A DNA stretch of 64,000 nt, from assembly GCA_038729445.1 (NCBI GenBank), contig JAVYSA010000001.1, forward strand, positions 12,300 through 76,299. Direction: 5' to 3'. The translations under genes were made by a program, and so were the position numbers. Below, one piece after another: positions 16,392 to 26,579 of the stretch. Under the pieces are notes generated by a model. It made no database searches. It was given only the letters and a program-made list of their open reading frames with translations, and had not been told where the DNA came from. This DNA comes from Thermoplasmata archaeon. GTDB taxonomy: Archaea > Thermoplasmatota > Thermoplasmata > Lutacidiplasmatales > UBA184. Within the stretch, counting starts at the first letter, position 1; every line of letters begins with the position of its first letter.

Positions 16392-18977
16392 ATGGACCCC
16401 CGGGAGTACGACCTGGCGTTCTTCCACCGCGAGGGGATGCACCGCCGCGTCTGCCGCCACTGTGGCCACGCCTTCTGGACCCTCGGCGATCACGACCGCT
16501 GCCAGGAGGCCCCCTGCCAGGAGTACGCCTTCGTGGGCCACTCCCCCTTCCGCCGGCCCTACGCGGTCGACGAGATGCGGGAGGCCTACCTGCGGTTCTT
16601 CGAGCGGCGAGGGCACACCCGGCTCGCCCGGTACCCGGTGGTCGCCCGGTGGCGCAACGACGTCTTCTTCACCCAGGCGAGCGTCTACGACTTCCAGCCG
16701 TGGGTGACGAGCGGGGCGATCCCGCCGCCGGCGAACCCGCTGACCATCTCCCAGCCGTGCCTGCGCTTCGTCGACCTCGAGGAGGTCGGCCGCAGCGGGC
16801 GGCACTTCACCCTGTTCGAGATGATGGCCCACCACGCCTTCAACCGTCCCGACCACGAGGTCTACTTCAAGGACCGCTGCACCGCCCTCTGCCACGAGCT
16901 GCTCACGGAGGAGTTCGGCGTCGACCCCCGAGCGATCACGTACAAGGAGGAGGAGTGGGAGGGCGGCGGGAACCTCGGTCCGTCGCTGAGCGTCGGTGTC
17001 GGCGGCCTCGAGGTCGCCACCCTCGTGTTCATGGAGTACATCCGCGAGGGGGACCGGATCCGCCCGATGCCGATCACGGTGGTGGACACCGGCTACGGCC
17101 TCGAGCGGTACACCTGGATCAGCCAGGGGACGAAGACCGCCTACGAGGCCGTCTTCGCCGGTCCGTACGAGGAGCTCCGCCAGTCCCTTCCGGCGTACGA
17201 GGCGAGCGTCGTGATCGACCACGCGCGGGCGCTCAACTTCATGCTCACCGACGGGGTCGTCCCCTCCAACGCGAAGGAGGGGTACTTCGCGCGCCTGCTC
17301 ATCCGCCGGGCCCTCCGCCTCCTCGCCCGGGCCGGGGACCCGGTCGACCTGATCGCCGTCATCGACCGTGTCGGACGGGACCTCGCCCGGACCTTTCCCG
17401 AGATCGGGCGCCACCGGGACGATCGCGACCAGATCCTCGCCGCCGAGATCGAGCGGTTCCGCGAGGCGATCGAACGCGCGCGCCCGATCCTGCGCCGGCA
17501 GGAGGAGCGGCTGGCGGCCCAAGGACGCTCCCCCGGCACCGAGGAGCTTGTGGAGTGGTACGACTCCCTGGGGATCCCCCCGGACGTCGCCGCGGGCCTG
17601 CTCCAACGGCCACCTCCGGTCCCCGAGAACTTCTACCAGCTGGCGGCCGACCGGCACGCCCAGGAAGCCCCCGCGAACGACTACCAGGAGCGCGGCGACG
17701 GGCTTCCCGAGGTCCCCGCGACCGTCCCCCCGACAGAGGTCGGCTACCCGCTCGACCCGTACACCCTCACCTTCGACGCGCGGGTCGTCTGGGCGGAGGG
17801 GCCGTTCGTCGTCCTCGACCGGACCTACTTCTACCCCACCGGAGGCGGCCAGCTCCACGACACGGGGACGCTGGGCGACGCGGCGGTGGTCGACGTCGTC
17901 CGACGCGGGCCGCACGTCCTCCACCGCCTCGACCGGGCCGCCACCGCCCGCGTCGGGGAGCGGCAGCACGGCCGCATCGACGCGGCGCGCCGGACGCAGC
18001 TCATGCAGCACCACACGGCGACCCACATCATCAACGGGACCCTGCGCACGATGCTCGGCCCGCACGTCTGGCAGGCCGGCGCCTACAAGGGCCCGGAGCT
18101 CGCCCGGATCGATGTGACGCACTACCGCCCCCTCAGCGACGAGGAGCTCTGGGCGCTCGAGCGCCGGATCAACGAGGTCGTCCGGGAGAACCACCCCGTC
18201 CGCAGCTACTTCGAGCCGCGGACGGAGGCCGAGCGCCGCTTCGGGTTCACGCTCTACCAGGGGGGAGCCGTCCCCGGCAAGGAGCTGCGGATCGTGGAGA
18301 TCGAGGGGGTCGATGTCGAGGCGTGCGGCGGGACCCACTGCACGCACACGAGCGAGGTCGGCGCCATCGACATCCTGTCGGTCGAGCGGATCCAGGACGG
18401 GGTCCTGCGGCTGACCTATGCGAGCGGCCTTCGGGCGCTCGAGCTGCGCCGCGAGCGGGACCGGGCGCTCCGGGAAGCGGCCCGCCAGCTCGGGGTCCCT
18501 CCCGAGCGCGTCCCCGAGGGGGTCCAACGCCTGCTCGAGGAGCGGGACGCGGCCCGGCGCCAGGAGCAGGAGCGGCGCCGGGAGGGGCTCGACGAGGTCG
18601 CCCGGCGGCTCCTCGACGACCCGGCCGCCACCGTGACGGACGGCGGCCGGACCGTCGTCGCCGCGACGGTCGAGCTCGACCGGAAGGGGCTCGGGGAGCT
18701 CTCCCGGAGGATCTGCGCCATCCCCGGCCGGGTCGCCGTCCTCGCCGCCACCGGGGACGGCCGGGGCACGCTCTTCGTCGGATCGAGCGCCCCGGAGCGC
18801 TCCGCGGTGGCGATCCTCGGCACGGCGATGCCGCTCTTCGCGGGGAAGGGGGGCGGCAACCCGTCGGCCGCGACGGCCGTCGGCGAGCCGGGGGAGCCCC
18901 TCCGCCGCGCCCTTGCGACGGCACGTGAGGCGGCGCTCCGGGGCCGGATCCCGCCCCCGGCCGCCGGCGGAGGCTAG
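16392..18977 (+). CDS. alaS: Alanine--tRNA ligase (archaeal type)
   Basis: MDPREYDLAFFHREG..CRHCGHAFWT...CQEYAFVGHSPF...RWRNDVFFTQASVYDFQPWV...EWEGGGNLGPS and a C-terminal editing/DHHA1 region. ATG is at 16392, inside listed ORF 16209..18977. Confidence 0.9.
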   Translation: MDPREYDLAFFHREGMHRRVCRHCGHAFWTLGDHDRCQEAPCQEYAFVGHSPFRRPYAVDEMREAYLRFFERRGHTRLARYPVVARWRNDVFFTQASVYDFQPWVTSGAIPPPANPLTISQPCLRFVDLEEVGRSGRHFTLFEMMAHHAFNRPDHEVYFKDRCTALCHELLTEEFGVDPRAITYKEEEWEGGGNLGPSLSVGVGGLEVATLVFMEYIREGDRIRPMPITVVDTGYGLERYTWISQGTKTAYEAVFAGPYEELRQSLPAYEASVVIDHARALNFMLTDGVVPSNAKEGYFARLLIRRALRLLARAGDPVDLIAVIDRVGRDLARTFPEIGRHRDDRDQILAAEIERFREAIERARPILRRQEERLAAQGRSPGTEELVEWYDSLGIPPDVAAGLLQRPPPVPENFYQLAADRHAQEAPANDYQERGDGLPEVPATVPPTEVGYPLDPYTLTFDARVVWAEGPFVVLDRTYFYPTGGGQLHDTGTLGDAAVVDVVRRGPHVLHRLDRAATARVGERQHGRIDAARRTQLMQHHTATHIINGTLRTMLGPHVWQAGAYKGPELARIDVTHYRPLSDEELWALERRINEVVRENHPVRSYFEPRTEAERRFGFTLYQGGAVPGKELRIVEIEGVDVEACGGTHCTHTSEVGAIDILSVERIQDGVLRLTYASGLRALELRRERDRALREAARQLGVPPERVPEGVQRLLEERDAARRQEQERRREGLDEVARRLLDDPAATVTDGGRTVVAATVELDRKGLGELSRRICAIPGRVAVLAATGDGRGTLFVGSSAPERSAVAILGTAMPLFAGKGGGNPSAATAVGEPGEPLRRALATAREAALRGRIPPPAAGGG

Positions 18978-19630
18978 CCCACCCCGGCGAGAAGGGGCGG
19001 GACGAGCAGGGCGAGGACGGTCAGGGCGACCCCCGGCACCAGGGTCATCGCGAGGTCGTCGTCGACGTACGTCCACGTCGGCGCCTCCGCCGCCAGGGCG
19101 AGGATCGCGGCGAGCACCGCCAGGCCCGCGGCGGGGAGGAGCGGCACCGGCCCCGCGACGGCAAGGGAGCCGAGGGCGATCGCCCCGTAGGCGGCCCCGG
19201 CCAGCCATGGATAGCCGGCCGACCAGCGGGGGCTTGCCCGCAGCTCCCCCGCGATCGGGTCGACCAGGGCGGTGCCGAGGATCACCGCGATGGCGATCGG
19301 GCGGGGGAAGGCGAGCGCGCTCGCGACGATCGCGCCGCCGAAGTAGGCATAGCTCGCCGGCCGGCGGGCCTCGTACGGTCGGGTCACCGGCAGCTCGATG
19401 CGCCCCGTCAACCGGAGGCCCTCGAGGAGCGCCAAGGCCGCGAGGGCGGCGAAGGGGATCGCCGCGTTCGGGACCGGTCCGAGCGCCCCGGCGGGGAGCG
19501 CGAAGTAGACGACCGAGGCCCCCGCGAGGCCGTGGAGGATCCGGCGCCAGGCGCGGTCCCCGAGCGCCGCGTCCCCCCCGAGCCGGCGCCCGAGCCACGC
19601 CCGGAACCGCCCCCCCCGGTGGAGCCGCAT
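18974..19630 (-). CDS. Integral membrane protein (polytopic, family uncertain)
   Basis: 218 aa, highly hydrophobic with about 6 predicted TM helices. It is convergent with alaS in a 4-nt overlap. There are no confident family motifs. Confidence 0.55.
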   Translation of the reverse strand: MRLHRGGRFRAWLGRRLGGDAALGDRAWRRILHGLAGASVVYFALPAGALGPVPNAAIPFAALAALALLEGLRLTGRIELPVTRPYEARRPASYAYFGGAIVASALAFPRPIAIAVILGTALVDPIAGELRASPRWSAGYPWLAGAAYGAIALGSLAVAGPVPLLPAAGLAVLAAILALAAEAPTWTYVDDDLAMTLVPGVALTVLALLVPPLLAGVG

Positions 19631-19683
19631 GAGGCGCTCGCTACGCCCGGCGGGGGTTATGGCCGTTGGCCCGGCCGCCCGTC

Positions 19684-19692
19684 ATCTATTAG
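19684..19692 (+). promoter_or_regulatory. TATA-like box for purE
   Basis: ATCTATTAG lies about 25 nt upstream of the purE ATG at 19715. Confidence 0.4.
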
Positions 19693-19714
19693 ACGGTCCG
19701 CCCATGGCCCCGGC

Positions 19715-20170
19715 ATGAAGGTCGCCATCCTGGTGGGGAGCAAGTCCGACCTTGAGATCGCGGAAAAGTCCCGCGCTCGGGTGGTCGAGCTCGGGGTGCC
19801 GTGCGAGGTGCATGTGGCGAGCGCGCACCGGACTCCGGAGAAGGTCGACCGGATCGTCCGGGATCCGGAGACCGACGTCTTCATCGCGATGGCCGGGCTT
19901 TCCGCGGCCCTTCCCGGGGCGGTCGCCGCGCGGACGACCAAGCCGGTGATCGGGGTGCCGCTCCACCGCGGCCTCGGCCTCGACAGCCTGCTCAGCGTCG
20001 TCCAGATGCCCCCCGGCGTCCCCGTGGCGGCCGTGGGGCTCGACGCGGCGGAGAACGCCGCGCTGCTCGCGGTGGAGATCCTCGCGCTCAAGGAGCCGGC
20101 CCTCGCCGCCGCGCTCGACCGGTATCGGGCCAAGTGGCGGGAGGACGCGCCGGCGGGACCCAAGGCGTGA
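19715..20170 (+). CDS. purE: N5-carboxyaminoimidazole ribonucleotide mutase
   Basis: MKVAILVGSKSDLEIAEKS...HVASAHRTPEKV...IAMAGLSAALPGAVAARTTKPVIGVP matches the PurE signature. It is internal to listed ORF 19532..20170. Confidence 0.9.
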   Translation: MKVAILVGSKSDLEIAEKSRARVVELGVPCEVHVASAHRTPEKVDRIVRDPETDVFIAMAGLSAALPGAVAARTTKPVIGVPLHRGLGLDSLLSVVQMPPGVPVAAVGLDAAENAALLAVEILALKEPALAAALDRYRAKWREDAPAGPKA

Positions 20171-21114
20171 TCGATCCGGCCCGGTTCGTCGCGGAGGCCG
20201 AGGAGCGCCTGCGCCGGGAGGTCCCCGGCCGTACGATCGTCGCCGCCTCGGGCGGGATCGACTCGACGGTCGCCGCCCGTCTGGCCGCCGACGCGCTGGG
20301 GGAGAGGGCCCGGGCGATCTTCGTCGACACGGGGCTCTTGCGCGAGGGGGAGGTCGAGGCCACCCGACGGCACGCCGCCGAGGCCGGGGTGCCCCTGACG
20401 GTCGTCGACGCACGGGACCGGTTCTTCGGGACCCTCCAGGGGGTCACCGATCCGGAGGAGAAGCGGCGTCGGATCGGGGCCGCGTTCATCCGGCTGTTCG
20501 AGGCGGAGGCGGCCCGGTTCGGCACCGACCGGCTGGTCCAGGGGACGATCGCACCGGACTGGATCGAGAGCGGGGGGGGGAGCCGGGACACGATCAAGAG
20601 CCACCACAACGTCGGCGGGGTGCCGAAGGACAGCGGCCTGACCCTGGTCGAGCCGCTGCGGGACCTCTACAAGGACGAGGTGCGCGCCGTCGCCCGGCAC
20701 CTCGGCATACCGGACCCCGACCGCCAGCCGTTCCCGGGGCCAGGGCTCGCCGTCCGGGTCGTCGGCGAGGTCACCGAGGAGCGGGTCCGGCGGGCTCGGG
20801 TGGCGAACCGGATCGTCGCGGAGGAGGTCGACGCCGCCGTCGCCGCGGGCGCGTTGCCCCGCCCCTGGCAGTACTTCGCGGTCCTCCTGCCGGTCCGCTC
20901 CGTGGGGGTCCTCGGGGACAACCGGGTCCACGGGGAGGTCGTCTCGGTGCGGATCGTCGCCTCCTCCGACGCGATGGCGGCCCGGGCGGTCGACCCGCCG
21001 GGCGACCTGGTGCGCCGGATCGCCGAGCGGGTCACCCGGGAGCTCCCCCGCGAGGTCGTCCGGGTCCTCTACGACTGGACCGACAAGCCCCCGGCGACGA
21101 TCGAGTGGGAGTGA
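20167..21114 (+). CDS. guaA: GMP synthase subunit B (ATP pyrophosphatase domain)
   Basis: A GTG start overlaps the purE stop in a GTGA overlap. The product has the PP-loop ASGGIDSTV and a conserved GMP synthase C-terminal dimerisation region (...YDWTDKPPATIEWE). Confidence 0.85.
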   Translation: MIDPARFVAEAEERLRREVPGRTIVAASGGIDSTVAARLAADALGERARAIFVDTGLLREGEVEATRRHAAEAGVPLTVVDARDRFFGTLQGVTDPEEKRRRIGAAFIRLFEAEAARFGTDRLVQGTIAPDWIESGGGSRDTIKSHHNVGGVPKDSGLTLVEPLRDLYKDEVRAVARHLGIPDPDRQPFPGPGLAVRVVGEVTEERVRRARVANRIVAEEVDAAVAAGALPRPWQYFAVLLPVRSVGVLGDNRVHGEVVSVRIVASSDAMAARAVDPPGDLVRRIAERVTRELPREVVRVLYDWTDKPPATIEWE

Positions 21115-21127
21115 GGGCCGGGCCCGG

Positions 21128-23032
21128 CTAGACGAGGCGGACGGCCTCGAGGTTGTACGGGACGCGGGTCTCGAGGTTGAACCGCTTGTGGAGGCCGCTC
21201 GCGAGGTCGAGCGCGTTCCCCTCGTCGCCGTGGTTGACGAGCACCCGCTGGGGACGGGGGTCGACCGACGCCACGTAGTTCATCAGCTGGGCGCGGTCGG
21301 AGTGGCCGCTGAACCCCTCGATCGTCGCGAGCTCGAGGCGGACCGGGATCGGGACCTGGCGGGGACCGTCCATGAACGTCGTCTCGGTCACCCCGCGCTG
21401 GAGCCGGCGGCCGAACGTCCCGTCGGCCTGGTAGCCGACGAAGACGAGCGCGTTCTCCGGGACGCCGGACCAGGCCCGGAAGTACTCCATCACCGGGCCG
21501 CCGCTCATCATTCCGGACGTCGCGAGGACGATGCACGGCTCCTTCGAGTCGATCACGTCGCTGCGCATCTGGGCGGAATCGACCCGGTGGAAGATGTCGG
21601 AGAGGAACGGGTTGTCGCCCTGCTGGAAGATCTGCGTGCGAAGCTGGCTGTTGAGGAACTCCGGATAGGCCGTGTGGATCGCCGTCGCCTCGAAGATCAT
21701 CCCGTCCAGGTAGACCGGCACCCGCGGGATCTCCCCCCGCCGCATCTTGTCCTCCAGGACGAGCATGACCTCCTGCGACCGCCCGACGGCGAAGACGGGG
21801 ACGAGCAGCTTGCCGCGGCGGGCCAGGACCTTGTTCGCGAGGGCGGTCAGGCTCTCCGTCGCCTCGGCGCGGCTCGGCTGGAAGTCGCGGTAGCCGCCGT
21901 AGGTCGACTCGATGACGAGGGCCTCGAGCCGGGGGAACCGGTTGTTCGCCGGATTGAACAGCCAGGTCCGCTCGAACTTCATGTCCCCGGTGTAGGCGAG
22001 GTTGTAGTCCCCGTCGCCGAGGTGGAAGTGGCAGATCGAGGAGCCGAGGATGTGGCCGGCGTTGTGCAGGGTCAGCCGCACGTCGGGGGCGATGTCGGTC
22101 GTCTCCCCCCAGCGGAGAGGGATCGTCCGGGCGACCAGGTCCCGGACGTGGGAGGAGTCGTAGAGCCCCTTGCGGGCCTCGGCGTTGACGACCTTGATCG
22201 CGTCGAGGAGCATCAGGGTCATCAGGTCGCGCGTCGGCGCCGTGCAGTAGATCGGCCCCTTGTAGCCGTACTTGAGCAGGACCGGCACGAGCCCGCAGTG
22301 GTCGAGGTGGGCGTGCGTCACCACCACGGCGTCGAGCGAGTCCAGGGGCAGGAGCTCCGGCGCGCTGAAGAACGGGGTGCGGTCGGAGCCCGGGTCGAGG
22401 CCGCAGTCGATCAGGATCTTCGAGTTCTGCGTCGACAGGAGGCTCGCGCTGCGGCCGACCTCGCGGTACCCGCCGAGGGCGGTCGACCGGGCCCAGATCT
22501 TCTCCGGCAGGCGCTCCCGGGCGATCCGGACGCCGACCTTGCGCAGGAAGCTCCGCCGCTCGTCGGCGACGTTGCGCAGGTGCACCCGGACCTCCTCGAC
22601 GGTCTTCGAGGGGATCGGGGGGGTCCGGACGACCGTCGGGATCCATCCGATGCGGCGCTTGAGGTCGTTGAGGACCGAGCCGGCCCGGCCGATGACGACC
22701 CCGGGGTTGGCGGCCTCGATCGTCACCTCGCCGGTCTCGGGCTCGAAGAAGAGCTGGTTGATCTCGGCCTCGGCCGGGATCGTCTCCCGGACGATCCTCT
22801 CCGCCTCCCTCGGGTCGATCAGGCTCTCCGGGTCCGCCCGGACGAGGACCCGCCGGTGGAGCCGCTGCGCGACCTGGCGGAGCAGGTCTCCCCCGTTGAG
22901 GAACGCCTCGAGCTGCCGGGTGTAGAGGACGACGTGGGGGCCCTCGAGCTCCACGTCGGTGACCTCGATGGCCTCCGGCAGGACCTCCTTCAGGGCGTCC
23001 CGCGTCTGGCCGATTAGGGATTCGTAACTCAT
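21128..23032 (-). CDS. Archaeal CPSF1 / FttA (KH + metallo-beta-lactamase + beta-CASP ribonuclease; transcription termination factor)
   Basis: 634 aa. It has N-terminal KH-like domains, the MBL motif VVVTHAHLDHCG, and beta-CASP and RMMBL regions. Confidence 0.9.
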   Translation of the reverse strand: MSYESLIGQTRDALKEVLPEAIEVTDVELEGPHVVLYTRQLEAFLNGGDLLRQVAQRLHRRVLVRADPESLIDPREAERIVRETIPAEAEINQLFFEPETGEVTIEAANPGVVIGRAGSVLNDLKRRIGWIPTVVRTPPIPSKTVEEVRVHLRNVADERRSFLRKVGVRIARERLPEKIWARSTALGGYREVGRSASLLSTQNSKILIDCGLDPGSDRTPFFSAPELLPLDSLDAVVVTHAHLDHCGLVPVLLKYGYKGPIYCTAPTRDLMTLMLLDAIKVVNAEARKGLYDSSHVRDLVARTIPLRWGETTDIAPDVRLTLHNAGHILGSSICHFHLGDGDYNLAYTGDMKFERTWLFNPANNRFPRLEALVIESTYGGYRDFQPSRAEATESLTALANKVLARRGKLLVPVFAVGRSQEVMLVLEDKMRRGEIPRVPVYLDGMIFEATAIHTAYPEFLNSQLRTQIFQQGDNPFLSDIFHRVDSAQMRSDVIDSKEPCIVLATSGMMSGGPVMEYFRAWSGVPENALVFVGYQADGTFGRRLQRGVTETTFMDGPRQVPIPVRLELATIEGFSGHSDRAQLMNYVASVDPRPQRVLVNHGDEGNALDLASGLHKRFNLETRVPYNLEAVRLV

Positions 23033-23084
23033 CCGTATCCGAAAGGGTTCAGGGAAGGGGTTGGCGCCCGGCCCGCGCGTGGCG

Positions 23085-23759
23085 CTACGGCAGCGGCGGG
23101 GGCAACGGGATCTTGAGAGATTTCAGACGCTTATTAATTTCGTCCTCGCCCAGCTCGCGGTACTCCTTGGCCGTGATCGCGTGGACGAGGTAGCCGTCGC
23201 CGCTGTAGGCGTCGCGGCGCATCGCGACGGTCAGGCCCCGCAGGGCCACGTCGACCGCGTCGCTGACGGTCAGGTCGCGGCTGTACGCCTCCTCGAGGAT
23301 CCCGTAGGCGGTCGTCGATCCGCTGCCGACCGAGACGAACCGGTCCTCGATCGAGCCCCCGATCGGATCGATCGAGTAGACGTGGCCGCCCTTCGCGTCG
23401 ACGCCCCCGAGGATCAGCCACGCGTAGAACGGGTACATGCGGTTGCCCGAGAGGATGTTCGAGAGGAGCGTCGCCGCCCCCTCCGCCGTGATCGGGGCGC
23501 TGCGCCGGAGCCGGTAGAGCGCGACCTCGGCCTTGAGGTAGCGGACCAGGGTCTGGGCGTCCCCGACCGAACCGGCGATCGTCACGCCGATGTTCGCGTC
23601 GATCCTGAACAGCTTGAACGTCTGCTTGTTCGCGATGAGGTTCCCCGCGGTCGCCCGCCGCTCCGACGCCAGGACGACCCCGTCCTTGGCGACCATGCCG
23701 ATCGTGGTCGTCCCCTTCAGGAACTGCTCCTCGTCCGCCGGCGAGATCCGGTGCGTCAT
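23085..23759 (-). CDS. psmB: Proteasome subunit beta
   Basis: A propeptide is followed by the TTTIGMVAKDGVVLASERR catalytic Thr context. The ATG at 23759 is internal to listed ORF 23085..23813. Confidence 0.9.
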   Translation of the reverse strand: MTHRISPADEEQFLKGTTTIGMVAKDGVVLASERRATAGNLIANKQTFKLFRIDANIGVTIAGSVGDAQTLVRYLKAEVALYRLRRSAPITAEGAATLLSNILSGNRMYPFYAWLILGGVDAKGGHVYSIDPIGGSIEDRFVSVGSGSTTAYGILEEAYSRDLTVSDAVDVALRGLTVAMRRDAYSGDGYLVHAITAKEYRELGEDEINKRLKSLKIPLPPPLP

Positions 23760-23798
23760 GGGGTCCCCTTGCGCTCCGCGCGACCGACCGGGGGGCGC

Positions 23799-23806
23799 TA
23801 TATAAC
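23799..23806 (-). promoter_or_regulatory. TATA box (CTATATAA) in the psmB/sdhA divergent spacer
   Basis: gcgCTATATAAcgg lies about 40 nt upstream of the psmB ATG. A second A/T island, CATTAAAG (about 23884-23891), lies 30 nt upstream of sdhA. Confidence 0.45.
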
Positions 23807-23919
23807 GGCTCACGGCGCCGTTACCGGCGCGTCACGTGGGGAACCGGGGGTACCGACGCGGGCGACCGGGCCGGTGCGACACGCATTAAAGCAGGAGCGG
23901 GTTCGGTGCGCCGGTCCGG

Positions 23920-25602
23920 ATGCGTCGGCACGAGGTCGTGGTGGTCGGCGCCGGTCTCGCGGGGCAGAGGGCCGCCCTCGCCGCCATCGAGGCCGGGCGC
24001 GATGTCGCCGTGGTGTCCAAGCTGCACCCGCTGCGGAGCCACTCGGGCGCCGCGCAGGGAGGGATCAACGCGGCGGTCGGGGCGGAGGACTCCGTGGACA
24101 CCCACATCTACGACACGGTCAAGGGGTCCGACTACCTGGGCGACCAGGACGCGATCGAGTTCTTCTGCCGCGAGGCCGGGCCGACCGTCGTCGAGATGGA
24201 GCACTTCGGCACGATCTTCAGCCGCTCCCCCGACGGCAGCCTCGCGCGGCGCCCGTTCGGGGGGGCCGGCTTCCCGCGGACGATCTACGCGGCGGACCGG
24301 ACCGGGCTCGCGCTCCTCCAGGCGATCTGGGAACGGCTCGGCACGGAGTCGACACGGCTGACCCTCTACCAGGAATGGGACCTCACCCGGATCGTGGTCC
24401 GGGACGGCGCGGTCCAAGGGATCGTCGCCTTCGACCGAAAGACCGGGGCCTTCGAGGGGATCGCCGCCTCCGCGGTCGTGATCGCCACCGGCCCGAGCGG
24501 CCGGATCTACGCCCGCACCACCAACGCCCACTCCTGCACCGGCGACGGGGTGGCGGCCGCCTACGAGGCCGGGGCCCTGCTGAAGGACATGGAGTTCGTG
24601 CAGTTCCACCCGACCGCACTCCCGGACAGCGGCATCCTGATCACGGAGGGGGCCCGGGGCGAGGGGGGGATCCTGAAGAACGCGACGGGGGAGCGGTTCA
24701 TGTCCCGCTACGCCCCCCACGTCCTCGAGCTCGCCTCGCGGGACGTCGTCTCCCGGGCGATCGCCACCGAGGTCGCCGAGGGACGCGGGTTCCCCGGAGG
24801 GTTCGCCCACCTCGAGCTGATGCATCTCGGCAAGGAGAAGATCGAGAGCCGGCTCCAGGAGATCTGCGACTTCTGCCGGAACTTCGCCGGCATCGACCCG
24901 GTGACGGAGCCGATCCCGGTCTACCCCGCGCAGCACTACATGATGGGGGGAATCGGCACCACCGCCCGGGGCGAGACGAACCTGCGCGGGCTCTATGCGG
25001 CCGGCGAGGCGGCGTGCGTGTCGATCCACGGGGCGAACCGCCTCGGGGGCAACTCGCTCTTGGAGACGCTCGTCTTCGGCAAGCAGGCCGGCATCGCCGC
25101 GGCGGAGTACGCGGCGTCGCGGAGCGACCGGCCGTCGGTGACGGAGGCGGACGTCGCCGCGTCGGAGGACCCGATCCGGGCGATGGCGGCCCGGCGGGAC
25201 GGCGAGGATCCCTCCGCGCTTCGGACCGAGATGCAGCAGACGATGGAGCGCTACGTCGGGATCTACCGCAACGAGGCCGACCTCCTCGAGGGGCTCCGAC
25301 GGATCCGCGCGCTCCGGCAGCGCTACGGATCGGTGCGGATCGTCGACCAGTCGCGCGTGTACAACCTCAACCTCACCGATGCCCTCGAGGTCGGCCACAT
25401 GCTCGAGCTCGCGGAGGTGATCGTCGTGGGCGCCTACGCCCGCACGGAGAGCCGGGGCGCCCATGCGCGCACCGACTACCCGAAGCGGGACGACGCCCAC
25501 TGGATGAAGCACACGCTCGCCCGGCGGACCGCGGCCGGCCCGGAGCTGTCCTACGGCCCGGTCGGCTACACCCGGTGGGAACCGAAGGAGAGGGTCTACT
25601 GA
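23920..25602 (+). CDS. sdhA: Succinate dehydrogenase / fumarate reductase flavoprotein subunit
   Basis: [17 protein letters not shown] (FAD-binding dinucleotide fold) and [13 protein letters not shown] (the covalent-FAD His context). The product is 560 aa. Confidence 0.9.
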   Translation: MRRHEVVVVGAGLAGQRAALAAIEAGRDVAVVSKLHPLRSHSGAAQGGINAAVGAEDSVDTHIYDTVKGSDYLGDQDAIEFFCREAGPTVVEMEHFGTIFSRSPDGSLARRPFGGAGFPRTIYAADRTGLALLQAIWERLGTESTRLTLYQEWDLTRIVVRDGAVQGIVAFDRKTGAFEGIAASAVVIATGPSGRIYARTTNAHSCTGDGVAAAYEAGALLKDMEFVQFHPTALPDSGILITEGARGEGGILKNATGERFMSRYAPHVLELASRDVVSRAIATEVAEGRGFPGGFAHLELMHLGKEKIESRLQEICDFCRNFAGIDPVTEPIPVYPAQHYMMGGIGTTARGETNLRGLYAAGEAACVSIHGANRLGGNSLLETLVFGKQAGIAAAEYAASRSDRPSVTEADVAASEDPIRAMAARRDGEDPSALRTEMQQTMERYVGIYRNEADLLEGLRRIRALRQRYGSVRIVDQSRVYNLNLTDALEVGHMLELAEVIVVGAYARTESRGAHARTDYPKRDDAHWMKHTLARRTAAGPELSYGPVGYTRWEPKERVY

Positions 25603-26579
25603 TGGCCGCGAAGACGATCTCGGCGCCGATCGATGTCTACCGGTACGACCCGAGCCGGGACGCCCGGCCCCGCTACGTCCGCTACACCGTCGAGGTCGAA
25701 CCCCACACGCCCGTATTGACCGCCCTCCTCGCGATCCGGGCGACGACCGACCCGACGCTCAGCCTTCGCTACTCCTGCCGCAGCGCGATCTGCGGCTCCT
25801 GCGCGATGCAGATCAACTCGAAGAGCCGGCTCGCCTGCCAGACCCCGGTCGGGCCGGAGCTCGAGCGGCACGGCCGCCTCGTCGTCGAACCGATGCGCAA
25901 CCAGGCCGTGATCCGGGACCTGGTGGTCGACCAGTCGTCGTTCTGGGAGAACTACCACCGGATCGAGCCGTTCCTCAAGCGGGACCCGAACCACCCGATG
26001 CCCGAGGGCCGCCCGACGCCGATGACCCCAAAGGAGGTCGAGAAGTTCTACGAGACCCCCCGCTGCATCGCCTGCGCCGCGTGCTACTCCGCCTGCCCGG
26101 CGGTCGAGAGCGATCCGGCGTTCCCCGGCCCGATGGCGCTCGCCAAGCTCTACCGGTTCGTGGTCGACCCGCGCGACGACGCACGGCACGAACGCCTCGT
26201 CCGGATCCAGACCTCGGGCCTGTGGCTGTGCCTGCGCTGCCACCTGTGCACCGAGGCCTGCCCGAAGGACGTCCGACCCTCGGAGCGGATCCGGGACCTC
26301 AAGGAGATGGCGATCGCCGAGCAGGGGGGGACCGAGCCGGGTTCCCGCCACGCGATCGGCTTCAAGGAGAACATCCGCGAGCGGGGGCTTCTGCAGGAGA
26401 TGAAGCTCGTGCGGCAGACCGACGGGATCGCCGGACTGGCCGGCCAGCTCGGCCAGGGCCTGCGGATCTGGCGGAAGAAGCCGGAGACGACGCGGCGGCC
26501 CCGGGCGATCGAGGACCGCGAGCAGCTCGACACCCTCTACGAGGAGCTCGATCGGCCGGCGACGGGAGGCGGGCAATGA
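25602..26579 (+). CDS. sdhB: Succinate dehydrogenase iron-sulfur subunit
   Basis: ATG overlaps the sdhA stop in a TGATG overlap. The product has a 2Fe-2S motif CRSAICGSCAM and 4Fe-4S/3Fe-4S motifs CIACAACYSACP and CLRCHLCTEACP. Confidence 0.85.
   Translation: MAAKTISAPIDVYRYDPSRDARPRYVRYTVEVEPHTPVLTALLAIRATTDPTLSLRYSCRSAICGSCAMQINSKSRLACQTPVGPELERHGRLVVEPMRNQAVIRDLVVDQSSFWENYHRIEPFLKRDPNHPMPEGRPTPMTPKEVEKFYETPRCIACAACYSACPAVESDPAFPGPMALAKLYRFVVDPRDDARHERLVRIQTSGLWLCLRCHLCTEACPKDVRPSERIRDLKEMAIAEQGGTEPGSRHAIGFKENIRERGLLQEMKLVRQTDGIAGLAGQLGQGLRIWRKKPETTRRPRAIEDREQLDTLYEELDRPATGGGQ

Noticed and set aside
14846-19598. 1360-aa plus ORF 14846..18928 and 1080-aa minus ORF 16356..19598
   Set aside because: Both are Arg/Gly/Pro/Asp-rich frames running antisense or offset to the MFS and alaS genes. 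No motifs were found.
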